Of a stretch of DNA of 64,000 bases, positions 1-10,197 are shown one piece after another. The notes under the pieces are model-generated. The model saw only the letters and a program-made list of their open reading frames with translations. It did not search any database and was not told where the DNA came from. The DNA comes from Deltaproteobacteria bacterium (GTDB taxonomy: Bacteria > Desulfobacterota > Binatia > UBA9968), in the NCBI GenBank assembly GCA_016193465.1, contig JACPSE010000124.1, positions 290 through 64,289 of the forward strand. Direction: 5' to 3'. The position numbers were made by a program, and so were the translations under genes. Numbering within the stretch: the stretch's first letter is position 1; the number at the start of each line of letters is the position of its first letter.

Positions 1-861
1 CCCTCCTCGGCCCAGGTGGTGCAAAGGGTGAAGAAGATTCTCGGCGCGAAAAAGGTGGGGCATCTGGGTACTCTGGACCCCTTTGCCTCTGGTCTTCTTC
101 CGCTGGGAATCAACGACGGGACCAAGATCGCGGATCTGTTTCTAACGGCGCAAAAAAGCTATAGCGGCGTGATCGCTCTGGGGGTGGAAACGGATACCCA
201 AGATTCGACCGGCAAGGTCCTCGAGGTGCGAGACGTTCCTTCCCTGACTCGATCAGATCTCGAGAAGCTCCAGGAAGCCTTTACCGGGACTCTTACCCAG
301 ACTCCACCCATGTATTCCGCCCTTAAGAAGGGAGGCGTGCGTCTCTACCGGCTCGCCCGCCAGGGGCGAAGCGTGCCCCGTTCACCCCGGGAGATCAAGA
401 TCGACCGGCTTCGGCTTTGGTGTCTGGGCCCGGCGGAGGTAGGAATAGAAGTTACCTGTTCCAAGGGAACCTACATCCGAACGTTGGCCGCAGATATGGG
501 GCAATTTCTCGGCTGCGGGGCCCATCTCAAAAGCCTGAGACGTTTCTCCTGTGGTCCCCTCACGTTGGAGCGAGCGGTCCCGCTGAGCGACGTCGAGACG
601 CTCAGAGAGCAGGGAAAATTGCCGGTCATTTCCTTGAATCAAGCCCTGGCGTTCCTCCGCGAGTTTCGCCTGGCGGACCATTTGCTGCCGAGGCTCAGGA
701 TGGGCCAGCAAGAGATGCTGCGCGGTTTGCCCGGGCCGGAAGAAGGAGAATGCACGATCCGCCTTCTGGATGCCCAGGGCAGTTTGGTTGCGTTGGCCCG
801 GTGGTTGGAAGGCGTCCCGAAGGGGAGATGGCGCCTCTTTCGCGTATTCGGCTCTGGTTAA
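1..861 (+). CDS. truB: tRNA pseudouridine(55) synthase TruB, 5' partial (N-terminus outside window)
   Basis: Translation contains GHLGTLDPFASGLL catalytic-Asp motif and TruB-like body; begins mid-protein at window edge. Confidence 0.85.
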   Translation, partial: PSSAQVVQRVKKILGAKKVGHLGTLDPFASGLLPLGINDGTKIADLFLTAQKSYSGVIALGVETDTQDSTGKVLEVRDVPSLTRSDLEKLQEAFTGTLTQTPPMYSALKKGGVRLYRLARQGRSVPRSPREIKIDRLRLWCLGPAEVGIEVTCSKGTYIRTLAADMGQFLGCGAHLKSLRRFSCGPLTLERAVPLSDVETLREQGKLPVISLNQALAFLREFRLADHLLPRLRMGQQEMLRGLPGPEEGECTIRLLDAQGSLVALARWLEGVPKGRWRLFRVFGSG

Positions 862-2447
862 ATACTCCCTTTTTTCCAGTCCTTGAGAATCTCTAACGCG
901 GCCAATCGCCCCGATGCTGCCATCACGCCGCCGCCCGGATGAGTCCCGGCGGCGCACAGGTAAAGGTTCTTTATCGGCGTCCGGTATTGTGCCCATCCAG
1001 GGACAGGACGCATGAAGAAAAGCTGGTCCAGGGAAAGCTCGCCATGAAAGATGTTTCCCTCGGTGAGCCCGAACTCATGCTCCAGATCCCAAGGCGTCAG
1101 CACTTGGCGGTGCAGGATGATGTTTCTCAAATTTGGCGCGTACTCGCCCAGAGTCTCGATGACGGTATCGCCGAATTCCTCCCGTCGGTCCGGCCAGCTT
1201 CCTTCTTTCAGATGATACGGCGCGTACTGAACGAAGATCGACATGACATGTTTTCCTGGCGGCGCCAGAGTGGGGTCGATGGTAGAGGGGATGACGATGT
1301 CCAGGTAAGGCTGGCGCGAGAAGCTTCCGTACTTCGCATCGTCATAGGCGCGCTCCAGATAATCGACAGATGGGCTGATGGATATGGCGCCGCGAAGGTG
1401 CGGGCCTTCTCCAGGGAGGGCAGTAAAATTGGGAAGAGCATCCAAGGCCAGATTGACCTTTCCGGAGGAGCCGCGCATCCTGATCTGGCCTACCCGCTTG
1501 ACAAATTCCGGATCCAGATAAACCGGCTCCACCAGCTTCAAGAAGGTTCGCTTGGGATCTACAGCAGAGGTGACCACCTGGCTTTGAATTTCCTCGCCGC
1601 TCTCCAGCATCACTCCGGTAGCGCGTCCGTTCTTAATGAGAACTCGAGCGGCCCCAGCCTTGGTTCGAATCTCGGCGCCATCGCTCTCAGCGGCTCTTGC
1701 AAGAGCGCGGCTTAGGCTTCCCATGCCGCCTCGCGCCCATCCCCACGAGCGAAAAACGGCGTCAATCTCTCCCATGTAATGGTGGAGGAGTACGTAGGCG
1801 GTTCCGGGAGATCGGGGGCCGAGGAATGTGCCGATGATACCGCTTGCGGACATCGTGGCCTTGAGCGCCTCGGCTTCGAACCACTCGCTGAGATAGTCAG
1901 CCGAACTCATGGTCATGAGCTTCATCATGTCGTAGAGCAAACGGGCTCCCAGTTTCTGGAAGTGGCGACCGAGACGCAGGAGCTTAAAGAGCTCACGGGG
2001 GTTGAGAGAGGTAGGGTCGGGCGGCACCATAGCGAGCAAAGGCTTTACCGCCATAGCGATTTGGTGCATGAGCTTCCCAAACTGATCATAGGCTTCGGCG
2101 TCTGTCGGCGAGTGGCGCATAAGCTCGCGGCGGGTCTGGGCATGATCACTCCAGCGAGCGAGGTAGTTGCCGTCAGGCAGCGGCGTGAAGGTGGAATCCA
2201 GAGGGATCACTTCCAACCCGAATCTGGCCAGATCCAGCTCCCGGATTACTTCCGGCCTGAGGAGGCTCACCACATAAGAGCAGACCGAATACTTAAATCC
2301 AGGATAGATCTCTTCGGTTGCGGCTGCGCCGCCGATCACATGACGGCGCTCTAAAACCAGGACCTTCTTTCCAGCCTTAGCCAGATAGGCCGCGTGGGTG
2401 AGCCCGTTGTGGCCCGCGCCGATAACAATGACGTCATATTTTGTCAT
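858..2447 (-). CDS. FAD-dependent oxidoreductase, phytoene desaturase (CrtI/CrtD)-like family
   Basis: N-terminal Rossmann dinucleotide motif DVIVIGAGHNGL, about 530 aa, C-terminal GGGVMAASGR typical of amine-oxidase/CrtI fold; start taken at MTKYD (alternative 2492). Confidence 0.75.
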   Translation of the reverse strand: MTKYDVIVIGAGHNGLTHAAYLAKAGKKVLVLERRHVIGGAAATEEIYPGFKYSVCSYVVSLLRPEVIRELDLARFGLEVIPLDSTFTPLPDGNYLARWSDHAQTRRELMRHSPTDAEAYDQFGKLMHQIAMAVKPLLAMVPPDPTSLNPRELFKLLRLGRHFQKLGARLLYDMMKLMTMSSADYLSEWFEAEALKATMSASGIIGTFLGPRSPGTAYVLLHHYMGEIDAVFRSWGWARGGMGSLSRALARAAESDGAEIRTKAGAARVLIKNGRATGVMLESGEEIQSQVVTSAVDPKRTFLKLVEPVYLDPEFVKRVGQIRMRGSSGKVNLALDALPNFTALPGEGPHLRGAISISPSVDYLERAYDDAKYGSFSRQPYLDIVIPSTIDPTLAPPGKHVMSIFVQYAPYHLKEGSWPDRREEFGDTVIETLGEYAPNLRNIILHRQVLTPWDLEHEFGLTEGNIFHGELSLDQLFFMRPVPGWAQYRTPIKNLYLCAAGTHPGGGVMAASGRLAALEILKDWKKGSI

Positions 2448-2562
2448 AGCCTCTATTTGCTTCAGGGAGCATTTTTGGTAATTTTGTGCCATAAGTCAAC
2501 GACTGCAAAGACGACCGAGGACCGATGATGGACGACCGGTCTTCCGTCCCCGGTCTATTGTC

Positions 2563-3759
2563 TTGTTGATCATGCCCATCGGGACGCCTTTTCACTCACG
2601 CACTTCGGCCTTATGCATCAGCCACAACTGGCGCGTCTGGTCCGGCTATCTCGTGGCCAGCTCCTATGCGGTCCTTCACGACCATGAATATCACGCTATC
2701 AGGAATTCCGCAGCCCTCATCGATGTTTCTCCGCTCTATAAATATGACATCAGCGGCAGTGATGCCCTCAAGTTTGTCAACCGCGTAATGACCAGAGACG
2801 CGGCAAAGTGCGCTCTCCAGCAGGCGATGTACACCTGCCTCTGCGACGAAGAGGGAAAGGTCATCCAGGACGGTACCTTGTTTCGATTGGGAGAGGACCG
2901 CTTTCGCTTTCATCTGGCCGACCCGAGCCTTCGCTGGTTTCAGATTAATGCCACGGGCATGGACGTAACTATTCAAGATGTCTCCGAGCAAGTGGCTGCC
3001 GTGGCGCTCCAGGGACCCACCTCGCGCGATATTCTAAGGCAACTCCTGGATGCCGGTATGGATTCGTTGAAGTTCTTTCGATTTACCTCCGCCAGTGTCG
3101 GAGGGATTCCGGCCGTAATCTCCCGCACCGGCTATACGGGCGACTTGGGATATGAGATTTGGATCCCCTCGATCCACGCGGAGCGCATCTGGGACATCCT
3201 GGTGGAAAAAGGCAAGCCCTACGGTATTACACCAGCAGGGATGCTCGCATTGGATATGGCCCGGCTCGAGGCGGGTTTCATTCTGATCGAAGTGGATTAC
3301 ACCAGCGCGGAAAAGGCGCTGATACCGTCGCAGAGATATTCGCCTTTCGAGATTGGCCTGGGCTGGACCGTTAGTCTCGACAAGGAAAGCTTCGTTGGTT
3401 GCAGCGCGTTGCTTGGAGAGAGGCAGCACGGTTCATCGAGGCAACTCATAGGCCTGGAGATCGACTGGGACGACTATGAGCGCCTCTATCGGGAGACCGG
3501 CCTGGCTCCTCAGCTTCCAACGGCCGCGTGGAGGGGTGGGGTGCCCGTGTATCGGGATAACAGGCAAGCAGGGCAAGCAACCACCGGTGGTTGGTCACCG
3601 GCGATAAAGAAATATATTGCTCTGGCCACTGTTCAAAGCAAGTTCTCTCAGCCCGGAGCGGAGCTCTTTATGGAAGTGACTGTGGAGCACGTAAGGAAAA
3701 AAGTTAGGGCCGCCGTGGTCAAGCTACCATTTTTTGATCCTCCGAGAAAGCGTGCCTAA
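2563..3759 (+). CDS. Aminomethyltransferase (GcvT/DmdA) family folate-binding protein
   Basis: GcvT-like N-terminus (RTS..H..W..W.GY, EY.A.R..A.L.D.S...K..I.G.DA) and length; divergent from the FAD oxidoreductase. Confidence 0.7.
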   Translation: MLIMPIGTPFHSRTSALCISHNWRVWSGYLVASSYAVLHDHEYHAIRNSAALIDVSPLYKYDISGSDALKFVNRVMTRDAAKCALQQAMYTCLCDEEGKVIQDGTLFRLGEDRFRFHLADPSLRWFQINATGMDVTIQDVSEQVAAVALQGPTSRDILRQLLDAGMDSLKFFRFTSASVGGIPAVISRTGYTGDLGYEIWIPSIHAERIWDILVEKGKPYGITPAGMLALDMARLEAGFILIEVDYTSAEKALIPSQRYSPFEIGLGWTVSLDKESFVGCSALLGERQHGSSRQLIGLEIDWDDYERLYRETGLAPQLPTAAWRGGVPVYRDNRQAGQATTGGWSPAIKKYIALATVQSKFSQPGAELFMEVTVEHVRKKVRAAVVKLPFFDPPRKRA

Positions 3760-3762
3760 CAG

Positions 3763-3838
3763 GCTATCAGCAGCCAGCGCTCAGCTTTCAGCCGCTAACT
3801 TTTTTGGACAGGGCTGATAGCTGATGGCTGAACGCTTC
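3763..3838. terminator. Inverted repeat between convergent genes (gctatcagc / gctgatagc arms) with T-run; possible bidirectional terminator
   Basis: caggctatcagcagccagc ... ttttttggacagggctgatagctgatggct; located between converging stop codons. Confidence 0.35.
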
Positions 3839-3842
3839 CCGG

Positions 3843-4700
3843 CTACAGGTTCAGCACCGCGTGGATGACTCCTTGACAAACCCTCGCCATAAATTCGAGA
3901 TCGAGCGTTTCCACAGTATCGGACGGTCCATGATAATGGGGGTTGCGAAAGAAGGCAGTGTCGGTTACCAGCAGGGCGGGGTAACCGAGGTCCCAGAAGG
4001 GCGAGTGGTCGCTCAAGCGAACCTGGGGAACGAGAAATCCGTTGCCCATGACGGTTAGGGTCTCTACCGAAAGCCCGCGGACTTGGCGTAGCAGGCGGGA
4101 AAACTGTCTGAGGAGCAAGCTAGAGCGCCAGTTTCCGATCACGCCGATGAAGTCGCCGCGATCCGGGTAAAACCACCGAAGTCCGACAGGATATTGCTGG
4201 CTTCCGGGTTTCGGATCGGTAAATCCCACCATCTCTAGGGATACCATGGCCCGGACCTTCACTCCCGCTGCCTTGAGCTTTTTGGCGAAGTGCGCGCTGC
4301 CGATCATATTCAGCTCTTCGAGATTGAAGGCGCAAAAAAGCACCTGGGAGTGGAGCCTCAAGCCGGATAGAATTCTTGCCACCTCTAGAAGAACTGCAAC
4401 CCCGCTGGCGTTATCGTCCGCTCCGGGAGAGCCTTCCACTGAATCGAAATGGGCGCCGAGGATAATCGGCGGCCCACTGCGGGCGGCGCCAAGCCGTCCG
4501 ATGACATTGCGGTAACTCCTTCCCCAGTAGGTAAAGGTGTCGCTTTCCACGCTTAGCCCGTAGGACTCAAACTCCCTCTCGATGTAATTCTCCACCGCTG
4601 CCAAATGACGTGAGTTGCTGAAAGGGCTTCTCTCGCCGACAATGCGCTGCAGCTTCTTTTTTAGTTCTGCCGTGCTGGTTGTAGGTGAGGAGGCGATCAT
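3843..4700 (-). CDS. M28 family zinc aminopeptidase
   Basis: ILGAHFDSV...[14 protein letters not shown] metal-binding motifs of M28 peptidases. Confidence 0.75.
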   Translation of the reverse strand: MIASSPTTSTAELKKKLQRIVGERSPFSNSRHLAAVENYIEREFESYGLSVESDTFTYWGRSYRNVIGRLGAARSGPPIILGAHFDSVEGSPGADDNASGVAVLLEVARILSGLRLHSQVLFCAFNLEELNMIGSAHFAKKLKAAGVKVRAMVSLEMVGFTDPKPGSQQYPVGLRWFYPDRGDFIGVIGNWRSSLLLRQFSRLLRQVRGLSVETLTVMGNGFLVPQVRLSDHSPFWDLGYPALLVTDTAFFRNPHYHGPSDTVETLDLEFMARVCQGVIHAVLNL

Positions 4701-5461
4701 GGATGGGTCAGCCGCACCGGGATGCCTCTCGCGTGGAGATAGCTCTTACATTCCGCGATGGTATATTCTCGATAGTGAAAGATCGAGGCGGCCAGGGCGG
4801 CACTGGCGCCGCCGGTAGTCAGCCCTTCGTAGACGTGCTCTAAATTGCCTACGCCGCCGGAGGCGATTACCGGAACCCGGACCTGCTTAGAGATAGCCCT
4901 GGTCAACTCCAAATCGTAACCCTCCTTAGTCCCGTCGCGATCCATGCTGGTAAGGAGGATCTCCCCCGCGCCGTAACCGGCCATCCTCTCTGCCCACTCG
5001 CAGGCGTCGATCCCCGTGGGTTTTCTCCCGCCGTGAGTGAAGACTTCCCAGCCGTTTGCCGCTCGCTTGGCGTCGATTGCCACAACGATACACTGGCTGC
5101 CGAAGGTTTCTGCCGCTTCGCGCACAAACTCAGGCCGGGCCACGGCGCCGGTGTTGATAGAGACCTTATCTGCCCCGGCCCTTAGTAGCTTGCGGATATC
5201 TTCAAGCCCGTTGATGCCGCCTCCGACGGTAAGGGGCATAAAGATTTCATCCGCCGTGCGGGAGACTACATCGAGGATGGTTTCCCTGTTTTCATGGGAA
5301 GCGGTGATATCCAAGAAACAGAGTTCATCCGCGCCCTCACGGTCGTAGACGCGCGCGACCTCAACCGGGTCGCCGGCATCGCGGAGACCGACGAATTTAA
5401 CTCCTTTAACTACCCGTCCCGCCTCTACGTCGAGACAGGGAATGATGCGCTTGGCAAGCAT
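4697..5461 (-). CDS. hisF: Imidazole glycerol phosphate synthase cyclase subunit HisF
   Basis: KRIIPCLDV...KGV.F...AGDP N-terminus and (beta/alpha)8 HisF hallmark motifs; 4-nt overlap with downstream gene. Confidence 0.9.
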   Translation of the reverse strand: MLAKRIIPCLDVEAGRVVKGVKFVGLRDAGDPVEVARVYDREGADELCFLDITASHENRETILDVVSRTADEIFMPLTVGGGINGLEDIRKLLRAGADKVSINTGAVARPEFVREAAETFGSQCIVVAIDAKRAANGWEVFTHGGRKPTGIDACEWAERMAGYGAGEILLTSMDRDGTKEGYDLELTRAISKQVRVPVIASGGVGNLEHVYEGLTTGGASAALAASIFHYREYTIAECKSYLHARGIPVRLTHP

Positions 5462-5583
5462 ACGATGCCCGGTAGTCTAGCCGAGACTTTGGGATAGCTC
5501 AAGGTAAAAGAGGGGTCGGTTTTGCCGCGGAGTTAGCTTTCGAGTTGACATTATTACCGATCCTTGGATAGGCTCCGCCGATC

Positions 5584-7071
5584 ATGCCTCAGGTAGCGAT
5601 TAGACCTGGAACTGAGAAATGGCCCAGAACTCTTCTCAGGTGGACTATAACGGCCACTGCCATCTTCCTTGGCGGTTGTAGTCTCCATAGACCCATTCTG
5701 CAGGAACATGTCCCGGGACTGGGTCGCTTTGAATTCCGGGAACCGGCTGAAGGGATGGGGGGTGTCGTGGTCGGTGCCCCGCACGGGAGAACGGATCGCT
5801 ATTCGGACAGACTTGCTCGTGCGATCAGTGACCGGACAGGAGCCGGCCTGGCGATCGCCTACGGGTTCCGCTCTAAGCGGATTTCTGTGAATCAGCCTAT
5901 CGTCAGGTCGGGCGCATACTCGACATCCTGGAACTTTCCCCAACGCGGAAGCGTCTTCAGAGAGTACAAAAAGGTCCTGCGCAGAGCGGCCAAAGGGGAG
6001 ATCGACCTGTATATAGGGGTTCACAGATGGGGGACAGGGGAAGCTGATCGGATTGAAGTCGCCACCAGTGGCCTGACGTTTGAGGAGGCAATGATCCTTA
6101 AAGAGACCTACGCTCGAATCCGCGATGAGCTGGTTCCAAAAGGGCAGGCTCCCCGGCTCGAAATGGCCATCGAACCGATCGAGAGGATCTCTTGGCGAGT
6201 TTCGGGAGTGAAGCACCACGGAGTGCTCCTGATTGCGGAAAAGGGCCTGAATATCCGACTGCCCCAATTTTTCTCCTCCGACTCCGGGGAGAGACTCTAC
6301 GCGGAAATCTTATCTCGCTGGGTTGGCCAGGTGATAGTCGTCCTGCGGGAAAATCCGGGGAGACTCCCACAGATTCAGGTCCAGGTCACGGACTTGGGCA
6401 GGTTCGAATTGGTTGAGTCCAGAAAACGGTTTTCAGGGGTTGTCATCGGTTCTCCTCATGGCAGCTACGACGAATTCACGGCGGAGGTGGTGAAGCGTCT
6501 CAGTTATCGGACAGGATTTGCCGCGGTTATCGCCAAGGGCTTTACGCCCACCGAGACGGGGGGAACGCGCATCAACGTCAACCGGCCCACAGAGAAGTTG
6601 CCCTATTCGGAGGGGCGCGAGATCCACAGCCGGCGTGCGACGGAGACCTACCACGCTTTTAAAGATCTTGTGTTCGCCGCCTCGAGCGGAGACTTGGAGC
6701 TCTATATTGATATCCATCAATACAACACGGATAGCAAAATCCAGGTGGCCACAGTAGGTATCTCTCAGAGGGAGGCCAAGATCATCAAAAAGATCTACGG
6801 TGAAATCCGGGACCAAACCCTGAAGAGGCAATCTCATATCCCGGTGGTTGAGCTTCTCATAGAGCCGCTTGATGAGGTGGAGATTGGTGCCTGGGCAGCC
6901 AAGATCGAGGGCATCTTGGGCCAAGCCAAGAAGAGCTTGCACTTTGAGCTGCCGGGCGAAAAAGCCCTTACAACAAGCGAGACCCGGGAGGCCTACACCC
7001 GTATCTTGGCTGCCCTTCTGCGAGAGTCGGCGCCTATACTGGCATCGCGGGCGAAGACGCTAATACGATAG
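5584..7071 (+). CDS. Lipoprotein with two tandem ~200-aa homologous domains (possibly DUF867/poly-gamma-glutamate hydrolase-like)
   Basis: Lipobox LGGC after signal peptide; internal duplication (GVVVGAPHGRTDRYSD.. / GVVIGSPHGSYDEFT.. and LYIGVHRWGTGEADRIEVAT / LYIDIHQYNTDSKIQVAT); family assignment is tentative. Confidence 0.55.
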   Translation: MPQVAIRPGTEKWPRTLLRWTITATAIFLGGCSLHRPILQEHVPGLGRFEFREPAEGMGGVVVGAPHGRTDRYSDRLARAISDRTGAGLAIAYGFRSKRISVNQPIVRSGAYSTSWNFPQRGSVFREYKKVLRRAAKGEIDLYIGVHRWGTGEADRIEVATSGLTFEEAMILKETYARIRDELVPKGQAPRLEMAIEPIERISWRVSGVKHHGVLLIAEKGLNIRLPQFFSSDSGERLYAEILSRWVGQVIVVLRENPGRLPQIQVQVTDLGRFELVESRKRFSGVVIGSPHGSYDEFTAEVVKRLSYRTGFAAVIAKGFTPTETGGTRINVNRPTEKLPYSEGREIHSRRATETYHAFKDLVFAASSGDLELYIDIHQYNTDSKIQVATVGISQREAKIIKKIYGEIRDQTLKRQSHIPVVELLIEPLDEVEIGAWAAKIEGILGQAKKSLHFELPGEKALTTSETREAYTRILAALLRESAPILASRAKTLIR

Positions 7072-7194
7072 CGGAATCGTCAGGGACGGCTGGTCCGGCC
7101 TAGGTTGCGACTTTAGATTGACATCCTTCCGGGGAAGATGTAAAAGGCATCGTAATTACGGCATGTCACCATAACCGTGCGAAAGGAGAAAAAA

Positions 7195-7752
7195 ATGGCT
7201 GATCGTTTAAGTGTGGTGCTCTCCGGGTTAATGTTTTTCTCTTTTCTTGTGCTAACCGGCTGTCCCCCGCCGGCGACCAGCAAGCCAGAGGTGGCGCCTG
7301 CATCGCCCCAGGCAGCGGCTAAGGCAAGTCCCAAACAAAAAGTTGCCAAGTCAAAGTCTCCAGCTTCAAGTCTGGAAGCGAGGCGCGAGGGCAAGGCTCC
7401 GGCTGAGGGCCCCCTGAAGGATATCTATTTTGATTTTGACAAGTACGACCTTCGGGCCGATGCGCGGGCCACGCTTAAAGCGAATGCCAATTGGCTCAAG
7501 GCCAACCCCTCTGCCAGGGTGGAAATCGAGGGACACTGCGACGAGCGGGGAACCAACGAGTACAATTTGGCGTTGGGCGCCAAGAGGGCCCAGGCAGCTA
7601 GGGACTATCTCATTAGCCTGGGGATCGCCAAGGGGCGGACCTCTACCAAGAGCTACGGGGAGGAGTTGCCAGTGTGCAAGGAACAGAATGAGGGCTGCTG
7701 GCAGAAGAACCGCCACGACCGATTTGTTGTCATGGCTGCGCGATCGACTTAA
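7195..7752 (+). CDS. pal: Peptidoglycan-associated lipoprotein Pal (OmpA-family C-terminal domain)
   Basis: Lipobox LTGC, Pro/Ala/Lys linker, OmpA-like domain DIYFDFDKYDLR...NEYNLALGAKRA; RBS aaaggag upstream of ATG 7195. Confidence 0.85.
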   Translation: MADRLSVVLSGLMFFSFLVLTGCPPPATSKPEVAPASPQAAAKASPKQKVAKSKSPASSLEARREGKAPAEGPLKDIYFDFDKYDLRADARATLKANANWLKANPSARVEIEGHCDERGTNEYNLALGAKRAQAARDYLISLGIAKGRTSTKSYGEELPVCKEQNEGCWQKNRHDRFVVMAARST

Positions 7753-7828
7753 GAGTTTTCACCTCCAAGCGCCCTTCGTCCAGAGATCGTAGGGCAGGCT
7801 ATAGGGTCGGCCTGGCAAGGACCGCCAG

Positions 7829-7888
7829 GCCGCCCTCCGGTCTTCACCACCTTCAGCTTTTAAGGCTCGAAGACGGGCGGTTTTTTTT
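7829..7888 (+). terminator. Rho-independent terminator after pal
   Basis: GC stem ccgccc..ggtcttc / gaagacgggcgg followed by T8. Confidence 0.55.
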
Positions 7889-8011
7889 AATCGAACAACA
7901 AGCCCTTTTTCCTCTTGACAAAGGGTGGATTGTTACAGTATAGGGCTTAAGTCGTAGGCAATAATTGTGACCTAAGTCCTATGGAATGTTTAAAACAATT
8001 GGAGGGCAGAA

Positions 8012-8464
8012 ATGAATGGTTTACTTTCGGCAGCGGGTATTATTTTGGTGTTTTTTGCTCTTTCTTCCTGCGCCCTAGAACAGGAGATGGCGACCCCACC
8101 GGCAGAGCCAGCGACACCGGCGGTTGCCGAGGCAAAAAAAGCGCCGGAGCCACCAATCGTTGAGGCCAAGAAGGTTGCACCGCTAGCAAAAGCACCGGAA
8201 GCGAAGGCGAAACCGATCAAGACCTCAGGTGATGTAGGACTGCTGGATTTGGAGAAAAATTACCTCATCCTGGTGACCAAAGAGGGAAAGCTCATTACGG
8301 CCGATTTCAATAATAAGACAAAGGTCCAGAAACTCGTGCCCCAGCCGGCAAAAATGAGCGATATCAGTCTAGGACAAAGCGCTACAGTTGAATACCAACA
8401 GAAAGGTGGAAAAAATATAGCCACCTCCCTTGAATACACAACCAAGGCAAAGAAGGGCGAATAG
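8012..8464 (+). CDS. Small lipoprotein, paralog 1 of conserved ~80-aa secreted domain family (GDVGLLDxEKNYxILVTKEGKLIT)
   Basis: Signal peptide with LSSC lipobox, Ala/Pro/Lys-rich linker, conserved C-terminal domain shared with ORFs at 8490 and 11166. Confidence 0.7.
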   Translation: MNGLLSAAGIILVFFALSSCALEQEMATPPAEPATPAVAEAKKAPEPPIVEAKKVAPLAKAPEAKAKPIKTSGDVGLLDLEKNYLILVTKEGKLITADFNNKTKVQKLVPQPAKMSDISLGQSATVEYQQKGGKNIATSLEYTTKAKKGE

Positions 8465-8489
8465 GATTATAAATAAAGAGGAGACGGAC

Positions 8490-8825
8490 ATGGGAAAGAA
8501 ATTAGCTTGCGCTGCCATCATATTGACATTTTTCGCCGTAGCCCCGACCATGGCCGGGGAGAAAAAAGCTAAACCGTTGAAAGTAACCGGGGACGTTGGC
8601 CTTTTGGACACGGAGAAGAACTACATGATCGTCGTGACCAAGGAGGGCAAGCTCATTACTATTGATTTCGATAAGAAAACCAAGGTGACCAATTATGTCA
8701 CTCAAAAGGCCAAGATGAGCGATCTTAACCTCGGAGAAGCCGCCTCTATAACTTACAAGAAGCAGGGAGATAAAAACATCCTCGATGCCATCGACGTTAA
8801 GGTAAAGGCAAAAAAAGGCGAATAA
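8490..8825 (+). CDS. Small secreted protein, paralog 2 of the same family
   Basis: RBS aaagaggag; signal peptide (AxA cleavage TMA/GE); domain VTGDVGLLDTEKNYMIVVTKEGKLITIDF..KAKKGE. Confidence 0.75.
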   Translation: MGKKLACAAIILTFFAVAPTMAGEKKAKPLKVTGDVGLLDTEKNYMIVVTKEGKLITIDFDKKTKVTNYVTQKAKMSDLNLGEAASITYKKQGDKNILDAIDVKVKAKKGE

Positions 8826-8945
8826 TTTTAAAGGCGGGGCGACTAGCTGGAGTCACCCCATCCTGATGGGCTCAGGTTCCGATTTCTCTCGGGGCCTGAG
8901 CCCACCTCCTTGCGTAACTGGAACAGCAGTCGATCCAGCCGGCCC

Positions 8946-10160
8946 CTATTGGTTTTGGACCGCAACATTTTCTCCCCTTAAAGGTGCTCTAAAAGAGATT
9001 CTGGTTCCTTTGCCGGGAGAGGTTTCGATGGACAGTTCCCCACCGAGCTTATTGATTCTCTCTTCCATGGAAATCAAGCCGAATCCGCCGCCATTCCTTG
9101 CGGCAGAAAGATCAAACCCCACTCCATCGTCTTTCAACGATCCGCGGACTTCTGCCCCTGCTTCCGTCAATAGGAGCTCAGCGCTTGACGCTTGGGAGTG
9201 GCGGGCAATATTGCTCAGTCCTTCCCTGAGAACATAGTAGATTTCCTCCTCGACTTGGGAAGGGAGGGTCAGATCCTCCGGCTCACTCTCCAGCACTACT
9301 TGCAGTCCTAAGCCATCGCGCAAGAAGCGCATCTCTTCTTTTAGCTTTTCGATCAAGATTCCGGGCGTGAAATCCTGACTGTCTTTCCCCGTAAGAAATC
9401 TGCGGATCTCCTCCATCGAGTTTCGAGTAGCCTGCTCCATTAACTCAAGCTCCCGGCTGAGTTCTTCGCGGGTGTCCATCAGGTGCCTGCGGCAAGTCTC
9501 GAGCCGAAGAGTCAGGCTTGCCAGAACCTGGAGTAGGCGGTCATGGAGTTCACGGGCGATTCTTCGTCTTTCTTCCTGGGTTGCAGCTTCCCCGGCAGTT
9601 TTATAAAGGGCCATGAGTTTTTGATTCTGTTTTTTTTCAAATTCGCTGAGAAAGCCAAAAATATAGGCTAGCATGAAAAGGTAGATGGTCCTGATAATAA
9701 AGGTGTCGATGGCCAAAGGATTTTCCCAGAAGGGAGAGAAGCGGATAAATCCATAAAGAACGGCTCCAGCCAGGGCCACGAGGAGGCCTCCTTTGATTCC
9801 GTATCTGGAGCTGGCCGTGATGACGGGGAAAAGGTAATAAACAAAGAACGGCGCCCGGGAGCCGCCAGTGGAGAAGACCATCAAGGAGATCCATAAAATA
9901 TCCAAAAAGGTCGTCACGAGCCCGATGACCCTTGAGTCCCATTTTTCCTTTTTTATGAGATAAAGGACCAGGAGGCTGTAGAAGAAAAAAGAGAATAGGG
10001 AAATGTGGGAGAGCAGCGGGAATTTCGCCACCCTCAGCGGGTTGAGCTGGACGACCAGAAGGGCGGCAAGAGAAAAACCCAGTCTAACCCAGGCGAGCGT
10101 TTTCTCTTTCTGCAGCAGCCATTGATCCTCCAGCGTTACTATCCTCGATGCGGAAGCCAT
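8946..10160 (-). CDS. Sensor histidine kinase, NarL/LiaS-type (multi-TM intramembrane sensor, HisKA_3 + HATPase_c)
   Basis: Five to six N-terminal TM helices with no periplasmic domain; H-box ARELHDRL; ATPase motifs GLSNIARHS, DDGVGFD, GGFGL. Confidence 0.85.
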   Translation of the reverse strand: MASASRIVTLEDQWLLQKEKTLAWVRLGFSLAALLVVQLNPLRVAKFPLLSHISLFSFFFYSLLVLYLIKKEKWDSRVIGLVTTFLDILWISLMVFSTGGSRAPFFVYYLFPVITASSRYGIKGGLLVALAGAVLYGFIRFSPFWENPLAIDTFIIRTIYLFMLAYIFGFLSEFEKKQNQKLMALYKTAGEAATQEERRRIARELHDRLLQVLASLTLRLETCRRHLMDTREELSRELELMEQATRNSMEEIRRFLTGKDSQDFTPGILIEKLKEEMRFLRDGLGLQVVLESEPEDLTLPSQVEEEIYYVLREGLSNIARHSQASSAELLLTEAGAEVRGSLKDDGVGFDLSAARNGGGFGLISMEERINKLGGELSIETSPGKGTRISFRAPLRGENVAVQNQ

Positions 10161-10197
10161 GACAGCACCTTAAGAATGGCCAAGTTTTACCACTCGC

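Noticed and set aside
382-996. 204-aa ORF antisense to truB
   Set aside because: Overlaps truB entirely. Composition-driven spurious ORF.
7113-7394. 93-aa ORF antisense to pal 5' end
   Set aside because: Overlaps pal start and signal peptide region. No RBS or motif.
8826-8945. Possible terminator hairpin after small protein paralog 2
   Set aside because: ggggcgact...agtcacccc stem is imperfect and lacks a T-tract. Left unannotated.
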